A stretch of DNA of 57,681 nt from the IMG/VR virus record IMGVR_UViG_3300010403_000007, positions 1-57,681 of that record. The stretch is one strand, 5' to 3'. Of the stretch, positions 35,168 through 45,346 are shown piece by piece. The DNA comes from a virus (taxonomy: Duplodnaviria; Caudoviricetes). The notes under the pieces were generated by a model. The model saw only the letters and a program-made list of their open reading frames with translations. It did no database searches and had not been told where the DNA came from. Position numbers and translations under genes: made by a program. The number at the start of each line of letters is the position of its first letter. The stretch's first letter is position 1.

Positions 35168-36396
35168 GCGAAGTAGTCCGAAATCTTGAAGGCGGACAGG
35201 GCCGCGTATTTGACCGTGTAGGTGGCCAGGGTGTTGCTGAATACGACGTTCGACGTGACCGTCACGGTCGATGCCGGGTCCGTCGAATAGCAGAGGTACG
35301 AGACGCGCCCGGATCCGCCCCGGCCGTTGTCGTTGGCGTTCGTCGCGTTGATCCTCATGTTGATGCGCGGGCCGCCGCCGAATCCCGGGCCGCCCGTGAT
35401 CTGCAGCTGCCCGTCAGTCAGGCTGAGGACACCCTGCATCTCGAATTCGAACTGCACCATCCAGATCCCGGTCGGCAGCAGCAGCGACGTCGGGACGTAG
35501 CCGAGATTGGTGGACGTGCCGATGTTGAATTCAGTCGTGTTGTAGACGGGGTTGTACGAGCCCGTCGTGGGGCTGACCGTGAAGTTGGAGGCGCTGACCC
35601 GCACGCGCGGAAACAGCCCGGCGAGGGAGATGCGCGGATCGAGGGTGGTCATGGCCGCGTCGGCACCGACGGCCAGGGACTGGATGACGGTCTGCTGCGG
35701 GTATGCGACGGACGGGTCGGCGCACATCGGATCCGTCCCGGCGGGAATCGCCAGGCCGTACGTCTTCGCCACAACGTTTTGGATCTTGGCGGTGATCGTT
35801 CCCGGACTCGCCTGCTCGTCCCGGGCGAACGGCCCCGCCTGGTTCCCCGCCACGTACTGCGTCAACGTCGCATCGGTCGCCGTGGCCATCCAGCCACCCG
35901 GCTCCGTGCCGCCCACCACCCACAACTTGCTGCGCAGCACATGGGCCTGCAGCGCGTTCGACCAGAACGACACCACCCGCAGGTTGTAGACGACGTTTGC
36001 CACGTACGTGAGACCGGTCGCCACGGTCGCCACCGTCGAAAGGCCGCCGCCGACACCCTTCGAGAAGCGCAGCGAGATCGCCCCGCCCGTGGCCACCAAC
36101 ATCGTCGCGTTGTAGTAGTTGTTGACGTCGGCCCGCTTGAAGATGAACCCGACCGTCATCAGGTTCGACGCCGGGATGCCCGTCAGCGACACCTGGCCGG
36201 TGATGTCGATGTCGGTCGTCTGCCGGTCGACCCATCCGTACCGCTCGGCCGTCGCCGTCGGCAGGATGTTGGCCGTGCCCGGGGTGACGCTGTACTGCGA
36301 CGCGGTGCCCTGCAGGCTGTACACCTGGCCGGAGGTGGCCGTGCCGAATCCGCTGGCCACAGTCCGGTTGAAGTTGTCGTTGTAGCCGGTGATCAT
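35164..36396 (-). CDS. minor tail protein
   Basis: DNFNRTV..GFGTA.SG; beta-rich; tail region. Confidence 0.6.
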   Translation of the reverse strand: MITGYNDNFNRTVASGFGTATSGQVYSLQGTASQYSVTPGTANILPTATAERYGWVDRQTTDIDITGQVSLTGIPASNLMTVGFIFKRADVNNYYNATMLVATGGAISLRFSKGVGGGLSTVATVATGLTYVANVVYNLRVVSFWSNALQAHVLRSKLWVVGGTEPGGWMATATDATLTQYVAGNQAGPFARDEQASPGTITAKIQNVVAKTYGLAIPAGTDPMCADPSVAYPQQTVIQSLAVGADAAMTTLDPRISLAGLFPRVRVSASNFTVSPTTGSYNPVYNTTEFNIGTSTNLGYVPTSLLLPTGIWMVQFEFEMQGVLSLTDGQLQITGGPGFGGGPRINMRINATNANDNGRGGSGRVSYLCYSTDPASTVTVTSNVVFSNTLATYTVKYAALSAFKISDYFA

Positions 36397-36428
36397 TTCG
36401 CCTCCCTCCGGTCAGGTCGAATCGCTTC

Positions 36429-36647
36429 TTACGGGTAGACGGGCCGAGTCTCGTCGATTCCCACCGAGGTCAGAGACGGCGTTCCGCCCCACTGAGCGGA
36501 GTGATTCAGCAAGACGTCGCTGCCCTCGATCAGCTGCGCCAGCTCGATGATGTCGGCATCGGACGGGTTGGTGTTGGTGAACCCGGCCTCGATGACCATT
36601 CCGACGCCGGGCCCGATCCCATCCTCAAAATCCATGCGGATCTTCAT
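36429..36647 (-). CDS. hypothetical protein
   Basis: GAGGAG RBS; coupled. Confidence 0.5.
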   Translation of the reverse strand: MKIRMDFEDGIGPGVGMVIEAGFTNTNPSDADIIELAQLIEGSDVLLNHSAQWGGTPSLTSVGIDETRPVYP

Positions 36648-36660
36648 GCGTTCTCCTCTG

Positions 36661-37161
36661 CTACCGGGGTGTCGCCACCCACTCGATGTTTCCAGTGAAC
36701 GTGGCCGACGTTCCGTCGCCCGAGTAGAGCCAGATATTGAAGGTGCTGAGCGTCGTGTTGTAGGCGCGACAGCTCCACTTGACGGCCGTCGACGCGTTCA
36801 GGTTGGTCGTCACGATCGGAATGGCCGAGAATGTGGCGCCCAGCGACACCGTCGCGATGATGAGGTTGTTCGCTGCGGAGACAGAGAACGGCGTGATTCC
36901 GGTGATGACCGCCTTCGGCTGCGGGCCGAGGCTTGTACCGATGGCGCCGAGGATCAGCCACGACGAGTCCTGCCGGAACACGGCGACCACGTCACCGACG
37001 TACGGGGAATACGTGCTGATGCAGCCGACGCCGGAGGAGATCCGGCCGCCGGACACCAGGATCGTGATGACACTCCCGGACACCGCGACGATCGTGGCCG
37101 TGCGCATCCCGTTCGGGATCCCGGCCGTCTTCTGCGTCTGCGCCGCCAGCTTGTTACTCAC
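36661..37161 (-). CDS. minor tail protein
   Basis: YSPYVGDVV...WLILGAI OB-like N-terminus plus H-lectin-like C-terminus. Confidence 0.6.
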   Translation of the reverse strand: MSNKLAAQTQKTAGIPNGMRTATIVAVSGSVITILVSGGRISSGVGCISTYSPYVGDVVAVFRQDSSWLILGAIGTSLGPQPKAVITGITPFSVSAANNLIIATVSLGATFSAIPIVTTNLNASTAVKWSCRAYNTTLSTFNIWLYSGDGTSATFTGNIEWVATPR

Positions 37162-38300
37162 GCCGTCACCGGCGCGTAGGCACGCAGGTTCAAGGTCATG
37201 TCCCCGTCCTCCCGCAGCGGCAGGGTGAACCCCGTGATCACCTGCGTGTCGGCGGCCCCGTCGGCCCGCACCGTCACCAGGTCCCCCAGCTCCAGCGAGG
37301 CGTCCGGAACGATCGTCAGCGGGTCCCACACCTGCGTGATGGCCTTCGACTGCCTCAGCAGGCTCTGAGCGGCGGCGAGGCACTGCGACTGCGACATGGC
37401 GATCTGGTTCTGGACCAGCAGCGGCTTGCGGCCGAAGTTGCCCAGGAAGTACGTCGGCGAGTTCGGGTCGACGTCCCGGACCGTCGCATAGACCGGCGGC
37501 GTGCCGTCCTGACGCTCGGCGGTGAAGACGACCGAGTTGTAGACGTTGGTCCGCGACACCGTGATCGTCCAGTCCGCGATCGTTCCCTGCACCCCCGGGG
37601 CGGCGTTCAAGCCGTCGACGAGAGTGATCGACGCGGTCTGTCCGGGCTTCGTCCACGGGGTCAGGCGCTGCACGAACGAGCCGTCAGCGAGCGGATACCA
37701 GGTCATGGCGGCGGTCGCGGACATGTCGTCCAGAGCCCCGGCCCGGTCCGACTGCCACACCACCGGGGCGATCTTCAGGCCGGTCAGGTCGGACGTGCCG
37801 AACGTCGCGTCGTCGAGGGCGCCACGCACCAGCCGCCGGAACTCGGTGCTGATCGAGTTGGCCGGGTTCGACTGCTCCGGCGTTTCGAACAGCGCGTCGA
37901 CGACGTCGGCGGAGAGGTCGTTCGCGGCGACGGACACCTGCCCGTTACGGCCCATGGAGACGGTCTCGATGCGACCGTAGAAGACGGGGAAACTGACGAT
38001 CGACCCGTCGCCGTAGATGATGCCCCGGTACGAGCGGAGACGGTTCCCGAACGGCGTCAACAGGCCGCCTGTATCGATCGCTCCGGACGCGGTGAGCGGA
38101 AACCAGGACCGGTCCACCGACAGGGACAGAACACGCGCCACGCGGCTGCTGAGGGTCGCCCTGACGTTGCCGTCGATGAACGGCAGGCCCGCCTGCAGAA
38201 CGTTGCCCTGCCGGTCGAGGACATCCGTGCGCGTGTAGACGATGTGCGACCGGGACAAGGCGTCCCGGTACTGCGCGTCCAGACCACCGGCCCACACCAT
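37158..38300 (-). CDS. minor tail / baseplate hub protein
   Basis: PFGNRLR..RGI, SRTNVYNSV, LELGDLV. Confidence 0.7.
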   Translation of the reverse strand: MVWAGGLDAQYRDALSRSHIVYTRTDVLDRQGNVLQAGLPFIDGNVRATLSSRVARVLSLSVDRSWFPLTASGAIDTGGLLTPFGNRLRSYRGIIYGDGSIVSFPVFYGRIETVSMGRNGQVSVAANDLSADVVDALFETPEQSNPANSISTEFRRLVRGALDDATFGTSDLTGLKIAPVVWQSDRAGALDDMSATAAMTWYPLADGSFVQRLTPWTKPGQTASITLVDGLNAAPGVQGTIADWTITVSRTNVYNSVVFTAERQDGTPPVYATVRDVDPNSPTYFLGNFGRKPLLVQNQIAMSQSQCLAAAQSLLRQSKAITQVWDPLTIVPDASLELGDLVTVRADGAADTQVITGFTLPLREDGDMTLNLRAYAPVTA

Positions 38301-39580
38301 CAGGCAGCCGCCCCGTCGAGGACCTGAATCCAGGTGAGCCCGGCCGTATTGACGGCCGCCCACGTCTTGCACACGTCCTGCCAGCGGGCACCCACCGTGC
38401 CCTGCATCGGGCCGCCCGGCGACGCGACGGACGCGAACGGCAGCGAGAACACCCGGATCGGGAACCGGTGATCCGGCAGGACCCGGGCCACGTTGGTCGT
38501 ACCGATCGACAGGTAGCGGGGCGGCACCCCGAACTCGGCGGGGACCTGGAACAGCAGCGGCGACCCCAGGTGCAACGCCACGTTCAGCCGGTCCCTGTCG
38601 GCCAAGGTCCGCGACACCAGCGTCAGCGTCGACGTGACGGAGCTGCGCACCTTGGCCACCGTGATCAGCTGCGACTGGTTCGCGATGTTGAACGTGGACC
38701 CGTTCGCGGCCCGCTGCTCCTGATCCATGCTCTGGAAGAACACGCCCTCGGTCGGCGTACACAGCGGGTTCGGGTCGAAGTTGAAATCCACCTTCACGTT
38801 GTTGCCGGGCCGCAACGGGTCCTTCAGCCAGGACGCGCCGAGGGACTGCACGGTCGCCCCGGCCGACTGCGCCGAACCGGCCACGTTCGTGACCGCCGCC
38901 GAGAACACGGACAGGACGACCCCGGCCGCCGGAGTGCCGTTCATCTGAATGAACGGCTGCGCGAACGCCGTGTTGGCCGGGGCGACCTGCGTCGTCGAGT
39001 AGGTGGCCTGCGCCAGCACGGTGACGCTCGTCGACAGGGTCGACAAGACGGCCCCGGCCGCATCCCGGAAGATCATGCCGAACGTGACACCGGTCGACAC
39101 GGAACAGCCCATGCTGACGGTGAACGTGAGCGACGGGCCGGGCGTGGCCGGAATGCTCTCGGCCCGGACGGTAGGCGTCGCCGCGCCGTCAGCGATGACG
39201 GCGAGCGACCACACCCCCGCCCGCGACGACCGAACCTGCGTCAGCACCGCCGACGACGTCGCATACCACGGGTCGGCGTACCCGCCGGAGAACGAGGAGG
39301 TGGCGTTCAGCGTTACCGACGGGGCGACCGCCTGGTAGTAGAACGCCTGGTCAAGGGGGGCTTCCGTGTCGTACAGGACGGCCTTGTACCCGGCCTGCAT
39401 CGGCGCGTACGGCAGGCCGGAGATCGTGGTCGACGACCCGTGGCCGCGCACGGCCGTGGCCGCACCAGTCACCGCGTCGACGCGGGTCACGTACACGTAC
39501 GGGGCGTCGATGTCCGTGAAATCCAGATCGAGCCGGACGTGCGATTTCGCGTTGTCGGCGGTCGCCGTGATCGTCGACAC
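38300..39580 (-). CDS. minor tail (distal-tail-like) protein with CBM-like insert
   Basis: YDTEAPL, WLKDP.RP, VAPANTAFA; directly after the tape measure gene. Confidence 0.65.
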   Translation of the reverse strand: MSTITATADNAKSHVRLDLDFTDIDAPYVYVTRVDAVTGAATAVRGHGSSTTISGLPYAPMQAGYKAVLYDTEAPLDQAFYYQAVAPSVTLNATSSFSGGYADPWYATSSAVLTQVRSSRAGVWSLAVIADGAATPTVRAESIPATPGPSLTFTVSMGCSVSTGVTFGMIFRDAAGAVLSTLSTSVTVLAQATYSTTQVAPANTAFAQPFIQMNGTPAAGVVLSVFSAAVTNVAGSAQSAGATVQSLGASWLKDPLRPGNNVKVDFNFDPNPLCTPTEGVFFQSMDQEQRAANGSTFNIANQSQLITVAKVRSSVTSTLTLVSRTLADRDRLNVALHLGSPLLFQVPAEFGVPPRYLSIGTTNVARVLPDHRFPIRVFSLPFASVASPGGPMQGTVGARWQDVCKTWAAVNTAGLTWIQVLDGAAA

Positions 39581-39583
39581 CCG

Positions 39584-41986
39584 TCACCTCGTCCCGTAAG
39601 CCAGCTCGTTTGCCTGACCGTCAAGCTTCTTGTCGATCCGCACGTCGAGGATATCGGTGATCTCCCGAGTTCCCAGGTAGACCTTGACGTTCGGCATCTC
39701 GGAGTGACCGGCGCGAGAGCCGAGCATGTCGAGCAGGCCGGTCTTCTGCGCGACCCGGGCGGCGGTCGCCGGGTTCGACATCGGGATGACCGCCTCCTTG
39801 CCCGCTTCACCGACGACGGCGAGGGTCGGGGAGGTGATCAGGCCACCGGATGCCAACAGGGGGATGTTGGGCAGGCCGATGTGCACGGCCGCGCCAACCC
39901 GGTTGATGCCGGAGTTGAACCCGGCGATGACCGAGTTGATGCCGGACTTCAGACCGGACAGGATGTCGTGGCCGACGTTGCGCATGAAGCCGGAGATCCG
40001 CCGGGGCAGGGCCGAGACGAAACTGACGATCGCGTCAGCACCCTGGCGCACCTCGCGCTTCGCCCAGTCCCATGCGGTACGGAACGCGCCGCCGATGATG
40101 TTGGGGAGGCGGTTCATGAAGTCAGCGATCTTGATGGGGAGCTTCACGAACGTCCAGATCACAGCCGTGACAGCCGCATCGAGGACAGCCTGCCCGGCCG
40201 CGAACGCCATGTTCCACAGGGTGACGAAGAAGCCGCCGATGGCCTTGATGGCGTCCCAGATCTTGCCGGGCAACAGGATGATCGCGGCCAGGATCAGACC
40301 GACCCCGAAGCCGATGGCCTGCCCGGCCGCGACGAGCGCGTCCGTGAACAGATTCCACAGCATCCCCGGGAGCGCGGACAGGGCGGACCAGATGGCGCCC
40401 GGGATCGCCGCGAAGAACCCCGGCAGGGTGACGGTGAACCAGTTCCCGATCGACTTGCCCACGTCGGAGATCCAATGCCAGATCCCGACGAAGAAGTCCT
40501 TGATGGCACCCCCGGCGGACTTCAGCGCGTCGGACACCACCGACCAGTTCTTGTAGATCAGGTACGCCCCGGCCGCGATCGCGGCGACCGCCAAGACGAT
40601 CCACGTGATCGGGTTGAGGCCCGCAACGATCGCCTCATAGATGGCCACGACCTGCAAGGCACTCTTGTAAGCCATCCATGCGACCACGGCCGCCGCCAGC
40701 AGGTCCGGGTGCTTACCCAGCCACTCGGCCGCGTCCTGCAAGTACGGGGTGGCCGCCTTCAGGGCATCGGTCAGGCCACCCGCGAACGTCTGCGTCAGCG
40801 TGGCGATGGCGGGCAGCAGCGGCGTGACGATGGCCAGCATCGCCGCCAGGGCCACGTTCATCAGGGTGAACAGGGACACCAGCGTGTCCTGCCCGTCCGC
40901 CGACTTCAGGAAGTCGTCGATCATCGTCACCAGGGTGCCGAGCACCCCGAGGGTCTCCCCGCCCATCGACGTAGCCGCGCTGACGATGTCCAGGAAGATG
41001 CTGATGATGCCGCCGAGGATCCGGCCGACCTGCTGCAGCACGACGAGCATCTCGTCGAAGAAGTTGGTGAGCGCCCCGGACTGAGCGGCCTGTTCGATGA
41101 ACAGGGAGAACTGGCCGATCATGTCGGCGAAGGCTGCGGACAGGTGCGCGAACAGCGGCCCGGCGGTCGCGCCCAGCGTCAGGAAGATGCTGGCCAGCTG
41201 CCCGATGGCCGGGATGAAGGGCTTCAGCGCGTTGTGCGCTGAGACGAAGATCGACGCGAGGTCTTCCTTGCCGTTCCCGAACGCCGTGAGCAGACTCTTG
41301 CCCATCTTGCCCAGGTCGCTGGACAGCGTTCGCAGACCGGACCGCAGCGTCGGCAGCAGTTGCCGGGACACTCGGGTCAGGCTGCCTTGAAGCTGGACGA
41401 AGAAGGTCTGCTGCACGTCCTGCTGAAGATCGTGGAAGGCGGGACGCAATGCCTGGATCTCGCGCACGAACGACTGCGCGGCCGGGGAGAGCTTCTTCAT
41501 CGCCTCCTGGAACTGCTTCGCCTTCGTCGGGTCGAAGGCGTACTTCAGGGCGTCCCCGACACCCTTCGTCGCGATGGTCAGCGTGGCGAAGGTGCCGACC
41601 AGGGTGAAGATCGCAGCAGGGATGGTCGCGGACAGGGCCAGGATCGCGGGGGCGAGTGCCCCGGCCGCCGAGATGCCGAAGGTGATGAGGGCGGGCATCA
41701 GCATCGCCGACAGGCCGCCGACGACGGCCGCCATGCCCTTCGCGAACGCGTCGCCGCCCTTCTTCCCCGACTTCTTCATGTTCGTTTCGTTCTTGCGGTC
41801 CACGCCCTCCGCAAGCTTGTCGGCCGCCGACTCGCCAGCCTTCTCCATCGACTTGTCGAGTTCGGTCAGCGTCAGATTCTTGGTCTGCCCATCGAGGGCG
41901 GCCTTGATCTTCTGCTTCATGCCCGGCGTGAACTTCGACAGGTCCGCTACAACCTGCACCATCGCCTTGCCGAGAGTTCCCGCCAT
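39584..41986 (-). CDS. tape measure protein
   Basis: 800-aa Ala/Leu-rich helical protein, W-periodic repeats, IPLLASGG and VGEAGKEAVIP. Confidence 0.9.
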   Translation of the reverse strand: MAGTLGKAMVQVVADLSKFTPGMKQKIKAALDGQTKNLTLTELDKSMEKAGESAADKLAEGVDRKNETNMKKSGKKGGDAFAKGMAAVVGGLSAMLMPALITFGISAAGALAPAILALSATIPAAIFTLVGTFATLTIATKGVGDALKYAFDPTKAKQFQEAMKKLSPAAQSFVREIQALRPAFHDLQQDVQQTFFVQLQGSLTRVSRQLLPTLRSGLRTLSSDLGKMGKSLLTAFGNGKEDLASIFVSAHNALKPFIPAIGQLASIFLTLGATAGPLFAHLSAAFADMIGQFSLFIEQAAQSGALTNFFDEMLVVLQQVGRILGGIISIFLDIVSAATSMGGETLGVLGTLVTMIDDFLKSADGQDTLVSLFTLMNVALAAMLAIVTPLLPAIATLTQTFAGGLTDALKAATPYLQDAAEWLGKHPDLLAAAVVAWMAYKSALQVVAIYEAIVAGLNPITWIVLAVAAIAAGAYLIYKNWSVVSDALKSAGGAIKDFFVGIWHWISDVGKSIGNWFTVTLPGFFAAIPGAIWSALSALPGMLWNLFTDALVAAGQAIGFGVGLILAAIILLPGKIWDAIKAIGGFFVTLWNMAFAAGQAVLDAAVTAVIWTFVKLPIKIADFMNRLPNIIGGAFRTAWDWAKREVRQGADAIVSFVSALPRRISGFMRNVGHDILSGLKSGINSVIAGFNSGINRVGAAVHIGLPNIPLLASGGLITSPTLAVVGEAGKEAVIPMSNPATAARVAQKTGLLDMLGSRAGHSEMPNVKVYLGTREITDILDVRIDKKLDGQANELAYGTR

Positions 41987-41988
41987 GG

Positions 41989-42558
41989 TCAGGATCCTAC
42001 GGGGGCGGGCGGCACGGCCTGCCCCATCAGCGCGGTGAACGCGGCGGTGGCCGCCACCTCGTCGTACATCTCCTCGGTCTTCACGCCCTCAACACCGATC
42101 GGCGGGAGCCGAAGGTCGATGTCGAACTTGTTGCGCTCCTTCTCGTCCATCGTCCGCACGCAGATGACGTAGATGGCGTTGAGGGCGGCGGCCAGGCTGA
42201 CGTCGCGCAGGTCGACGCCGACCCGGGTCAGTTCACCACCGATGACCTGCCACGACGCGGCGGACGACCGGATGAGGCGGTCCGCCTCCCACCATGGCCG
42301 CCCGGCGGCGGCCGACAGGGCCTCTCGGCTTCGGGTGACGACCTCGTCGACGTCCAGCGTCCCGTCCAGAAGCATGTCCGTGATGCGCTCCTCCGCATCG
42401 CTGTCCATCAGGCCGGGAACGATGGGCAGCGGAACATCATCGCTGAGGATGGCCAGGAACCAGTCGACGGCGGGCAGCGGCGGGACGACGAAGGTCTCCC
42501 CGGCCAGGTCGACGTCGAGGGCCCAGATCCTCAGCGCGGCGAGCGCATCAGCGGACAT
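41989..42558 (-). CDS. tail assembly chaperone (second)
   Basis: AAGRPWWEA motif; immediately upstream of the tape measure gene. Confidence 0.6.
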   Translation of the reverse strand: MSADALAALRIWALDVDLAGETFVVPPLPAVDWFLAILSDDVPLPIVPGLMDSDAEERITDMLLDGTLDVDEVVTRSREALSAAAGRPWWEADRLIRSSAASWQVIGGELTRVGVDLRDVSLAAALNAIYVICVRTMDEKERNKFDIDLRLPPIGVEGVKTEEMYDEVAATAAFTALMGQAVPPAPVGS

Positions 42559-42830
42559 CAGACCGTGATCTTCGGATCGAGGCGTGCGCAGGCGTTGTCC
42601 GGCAGCGCCTGCTCATCGACGGATACGACGAGGGTGGCCATGCCTTCATGGGTCAGCACGAAGTCGCCTACCTCCCACACCGCCACGGTCGGGCCTTCCT
42701 GCCCCTCCGGAACCATCACGTGGCTGGTGTCGTAGTCGAGCAGGATTCCGCCGCACCAGGCACAGCGCTGCCTGATGACAGCGCCGACCTGCATGTGGAC
42801 CCCGGCAACGTGAGTGATTCCTTCGCTCAC
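42558..42830 (-). CDS. hypothetical protein (RQRCAWCG)
   Basis: Coupled ORF between the two chaperone genes. Confidence 0.55.
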   Translation of the reverse strand: MSEGITHVAGVHMQVGAVIRQRCAWCGGILLDYDTSHVMVPEGQEGPTVAVWEVGDFVLTHEGMATLVVSVDEQALPDNACARLDPKITV

Positions 42831-43207
42831 TTGCGCCGCCGGACGGTCGCCGCCTTCTTCGGTCCCGCCGGGGCGCCCGAGCCGTTGAACCTTTCGCCCG
42901 CGATCCGGATCGAATCGAACACGTCCTCGATCGGCACGGACCCGTCGATCATGGCCTCTTCGAGCCATTCCTTGTCGTCGTCTTTGACGATCATGGCGTC
43001 GACGATCGAGCCGATCGTGCCCATGTTCCGGACGAGCTTGGCGGTCATCTCCTCACGCATCTCCTGCGTGATGTCCGACTCCGCAACGTTTTCGATCTTG
43101 GGCAGGCTGCGGACGACACGGGACAGGACGACCAGTGCGCCCTCGGTCGGCTTGCGCATCTCGATCTGGCGGCCACCGAGCGGCACCAGCACCGTCAGTT
43201 CGCTCAC
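42827..43207 (-). CDS. tail assembly chaperone (first)
   Basis: Position and size. Confidence 0.55.
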   Translation of the reverse strand: MSELTVLVPLGGRQIEMRKPTEGALVVLSRVVRSLPKIENVAESDITQEMREEMTAKLVRNMGTIGSIVDAMIVKDDDKEWLEEAMIDGSVPIEDVFDSIRIAGERFNGSGAPAGPKKAATVRRRK

Positions 43208-43425
43208 GACCCGGCCTCCACGTCGGTCAGAACGACCGAGATCAGCCGACTCGCCGGGATGGCCAGCTGTACGCGGTCGCCGGATCCCAGGATGAAGACC
43301 AAGGTCTCGTCACCGAGGGGGCGGATCCGCGTGTCTACCGGAACATCGGCCGTCTTAACCGGCTGCTCGCCACTGAAGCTTGTGTCCCACGGCGCGTCGT
43401 ACCACGTAACCCTGAGCTTCTTCAT
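43204..43425 (-). CDS. hypothetical protein
   Basis: GGAGGAG RBS. Confidence 0.55.
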   Translation of the reverse strand: MKKLRVTWYDAPWDTSFSGEQPVKTADVPVDTRIRPLGDETLVFILGSGDRVQLAIPASRLISVVLTDVEAGS

Positions 43426-43443
43426 TTCTCCTCCTCCAGGCTG

Positions 43444-43887
43444 CTACTCGTCGGGAGCAGCAGCCGTCGTCACCTGCATTGTGTACCCCTCAGCGGCGGC
43501 GACCTCGCGCAAGGCATCTCGCAGCCACGGCTTCCCCGGGCGGGCTGGCTGCGACACCGACTTACGCACGTACTGCACGCCGTGCCACGTGAACCTGAGG
43601 GCCTTCTTCTTGTTCGGGTAGATCGTCCGGGCGGCCACCCCCTCATGCAGGGGCGGCGCATATTTAACCTTGGTGAATACCTCGCCGACGACCTTGCTCT
43701 TAAAGGTCCGGATCTTGAACTGATGCGACGCCCGCAGATTGCCGGTACGGACGGGCGTCAACACCCGGGCACGGTTCAAGACCTTCAGCGTGGTCCGCAT
43801 GACCTCCTTGCCGACGAGACCCTGGAGGATCTCGATGATCTCGGCCCGGTAGAGGTCAACGCGGACTGATGTGACCCTGCTCGCCAT
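43444..43887 (-). CDS. HK97 gp10-like head-tail protein
   Basis: PVRTGNLRAS, YAPPLHEG, PWLRDAL. Confidence 0.8.
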   Translation of the reverse strand: MASRVTSVRVDLYRAEIIEILQGLVGKEVMRTTLKVLNRARVLTPVRTGNLRASHQFKIRTFKSKVVGEVFTKVKYAPPLHEGVAARTIYPNKKKALRFTWHGVQYVRKSVSQPARPGKPWLRDALREVAAAEGYTMQVTTAAAPDE

Positions 43888-44089
43888 CAGGGATCTCCCG
43901 GCCCGGCTCCTCGTCCTGGAGCACGCGCAAGTAGCCGGTCGCGACGTGCTTCTGCGCCCAGTCGTCGTCGGCGGCCGAGAAGAAGTCGCCCTTGTCGAGT
44001 CCGTCGAAGCTGACCAGCACCTCGTACCGGTTCTCCCTGGCGGGCGCCTTCTGTGCTTCGTTTTCGATCTTGGCCACCGGGTCCTCCAT
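43856..44089 (-). CDS. hypothetical protein
   Basis: Coupled 77-aa ORF. Confidence 0.5.
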   Translation of the reverse strand: MEDPVAKIENEAQKAPARENRYEVLVSFDGLDKGDFFSAADDDWAQKHVATGYLRVLQDEEPGREIPDGEQGHISPR

Positions 44090-45336
44090 CAGCAGTCCGA
44101 GCAGGGGTTCATCACAGAAACCGTCACGGTCAGCGTACCGCCGGTACAGCCACCCTCCACCGGAAGCGGCGCCCACTCCCCCACCGCACGGCGCTGCGTC
44201 GGAAGGAAGCAGCACGCCGCCGTCTGCCGCATCAGGTTCTGGTGCTGCATCTGCGTCGAGAACGCCGACGCCCAATCCTGCGTGTTCGGCGGATCGACGT
44301 CGTCGAGCACGCCATCAGAGTCGGACCACGGCATGCAGAACGCCATGCCCATCTCCAGCTGCACCGCATAGGCGAGCGGGCCGCACGGCGTCCACGTGTT
44401 GTCGGCGGCCGGAAAGCTGTCCCATGACGGATACACGGACGCCACCCGGATCCAGGCGAGCCCCGAGCAGCACTCGTCCACGTTCGGGCCGAACAGCGGG
44501 CCCGTGGCCGCCCCGGCCCGCATCTGGATGTACTTCGGCGGTGACGGCAACTCGTTGAGCTTCTCCGTGAAGCAGGCGAGCAGCTGCTCCGCGACCGGCG
44601 TGGCGATCAGGTCGGGCGGCCCGGTCGGCACGTTGAACGACACGCTCAGGTTGCCGCTGGCCGACAGGGACGTCGCCAGGGTGGTCGAGGTAGACAAGGC
44701 GGCCGACAGTGTGCCGGTGCCCACCAGGGACGCCGCGAGGCGCGGCTGCGGGGCCAGGGCCGCCGTCATGGTGCCGTTCGCGCTGAACGAGGCGGCCAGG
44801 ATCACGTCGGTCCCGGACGGGTCGAACAGCACGTCGATGAAGTAGCCGTTGGACCCGAACGTGTTCGGCGGGTAGTTGACCAGGCCGGACGTGAACCGGC
44901 CGTTGACCAGGTTCGCGAAGCCGCCCGCAGCCGACGCGTCCTTGACGCCGGTGATGGGCGCGTTGACCAGTGCCGACGTGAACAGGCCGCCGGTGGCCGC
45001 GTACCGGCCCTCGCTGGTCCGCAGACCGATCACGTACGCCTTGGTCGTATCGATGACCACCGGGGACGAGAACGTGACGTTGTTCCACGCGCCGGGGGTG
45101 AGGGCCCCGAACGTGGCGGTCGCCAGCAGCGTGCCCGCGCCGCCCGGATCTCCGGCGGTGACCTGCCAGAACGCCGCCTCGAACGTTCCCGCGCCGATGG
45201 TCGCGGGCGCGTAGACACGGGCACCGGAAACGGACCCGGCCACGCTGAAGGTCAGCGTGGTGCCGACGGTGACCGGAACGCCTTCGGAGACGTTCGGGAG
45301 CGTCGGTGTCTGCGACGTGAACAGGGACACGCTCAC
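44089..45336 (-). CDS. DUF4082-like domain fused to a Cys-rich head-tail/tail-completion domain
   Basis: N-terminal TLLATATF...WNNVTFSSPV...YFIDVLF; C-terminal DECCSGLAWIRV...LEMG..FC...GGC. Confidence 0.65.
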   Translation of the reverse strand: MSVSLFTSQTPTLPNVSEGVPVTVGTTLTFSVAGSVSGARVYAPATIGAGTFEAAFWQVTAGDPGGAGTLLATATFGALTPGAWNNVTFSSPVVIDTTKAYVIGLRTSEGRYAATGGLFTSALVNAPITGVKDASAAGGFANLVNGRFTSGLVNYPPNTFGSNGYFIDVLFDPSGTDVILAASFSANGTMTAALAPQPRLAASLVGTGTLSAALSTSTTLATSLSASGNLSVSFNVPTGPPDLIATPVAEQLLACFTEKLNELPSPPKYIQMRAGAATGPLFGPNVDECCSGLAWIRVASVYPSWDSFPAADNTWTPCGPLAYAVQLEMGMAFCMPWSDSDGVLDDVDPPNTQDWASAFSTQMQHQNLMRQTAACCFLPTQRRAVGEWAPLPVEGGCTGGTLTVTVSVMNPCSDC

Positions 45337-45346
45337 GAGCGGTCTC

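Noticed and set aside
42558-43207. Programmed frameshift between the tail chaperones
   Set aside because: No clear slippery heptamer, and a separate coupled ORF lies between the two genes.
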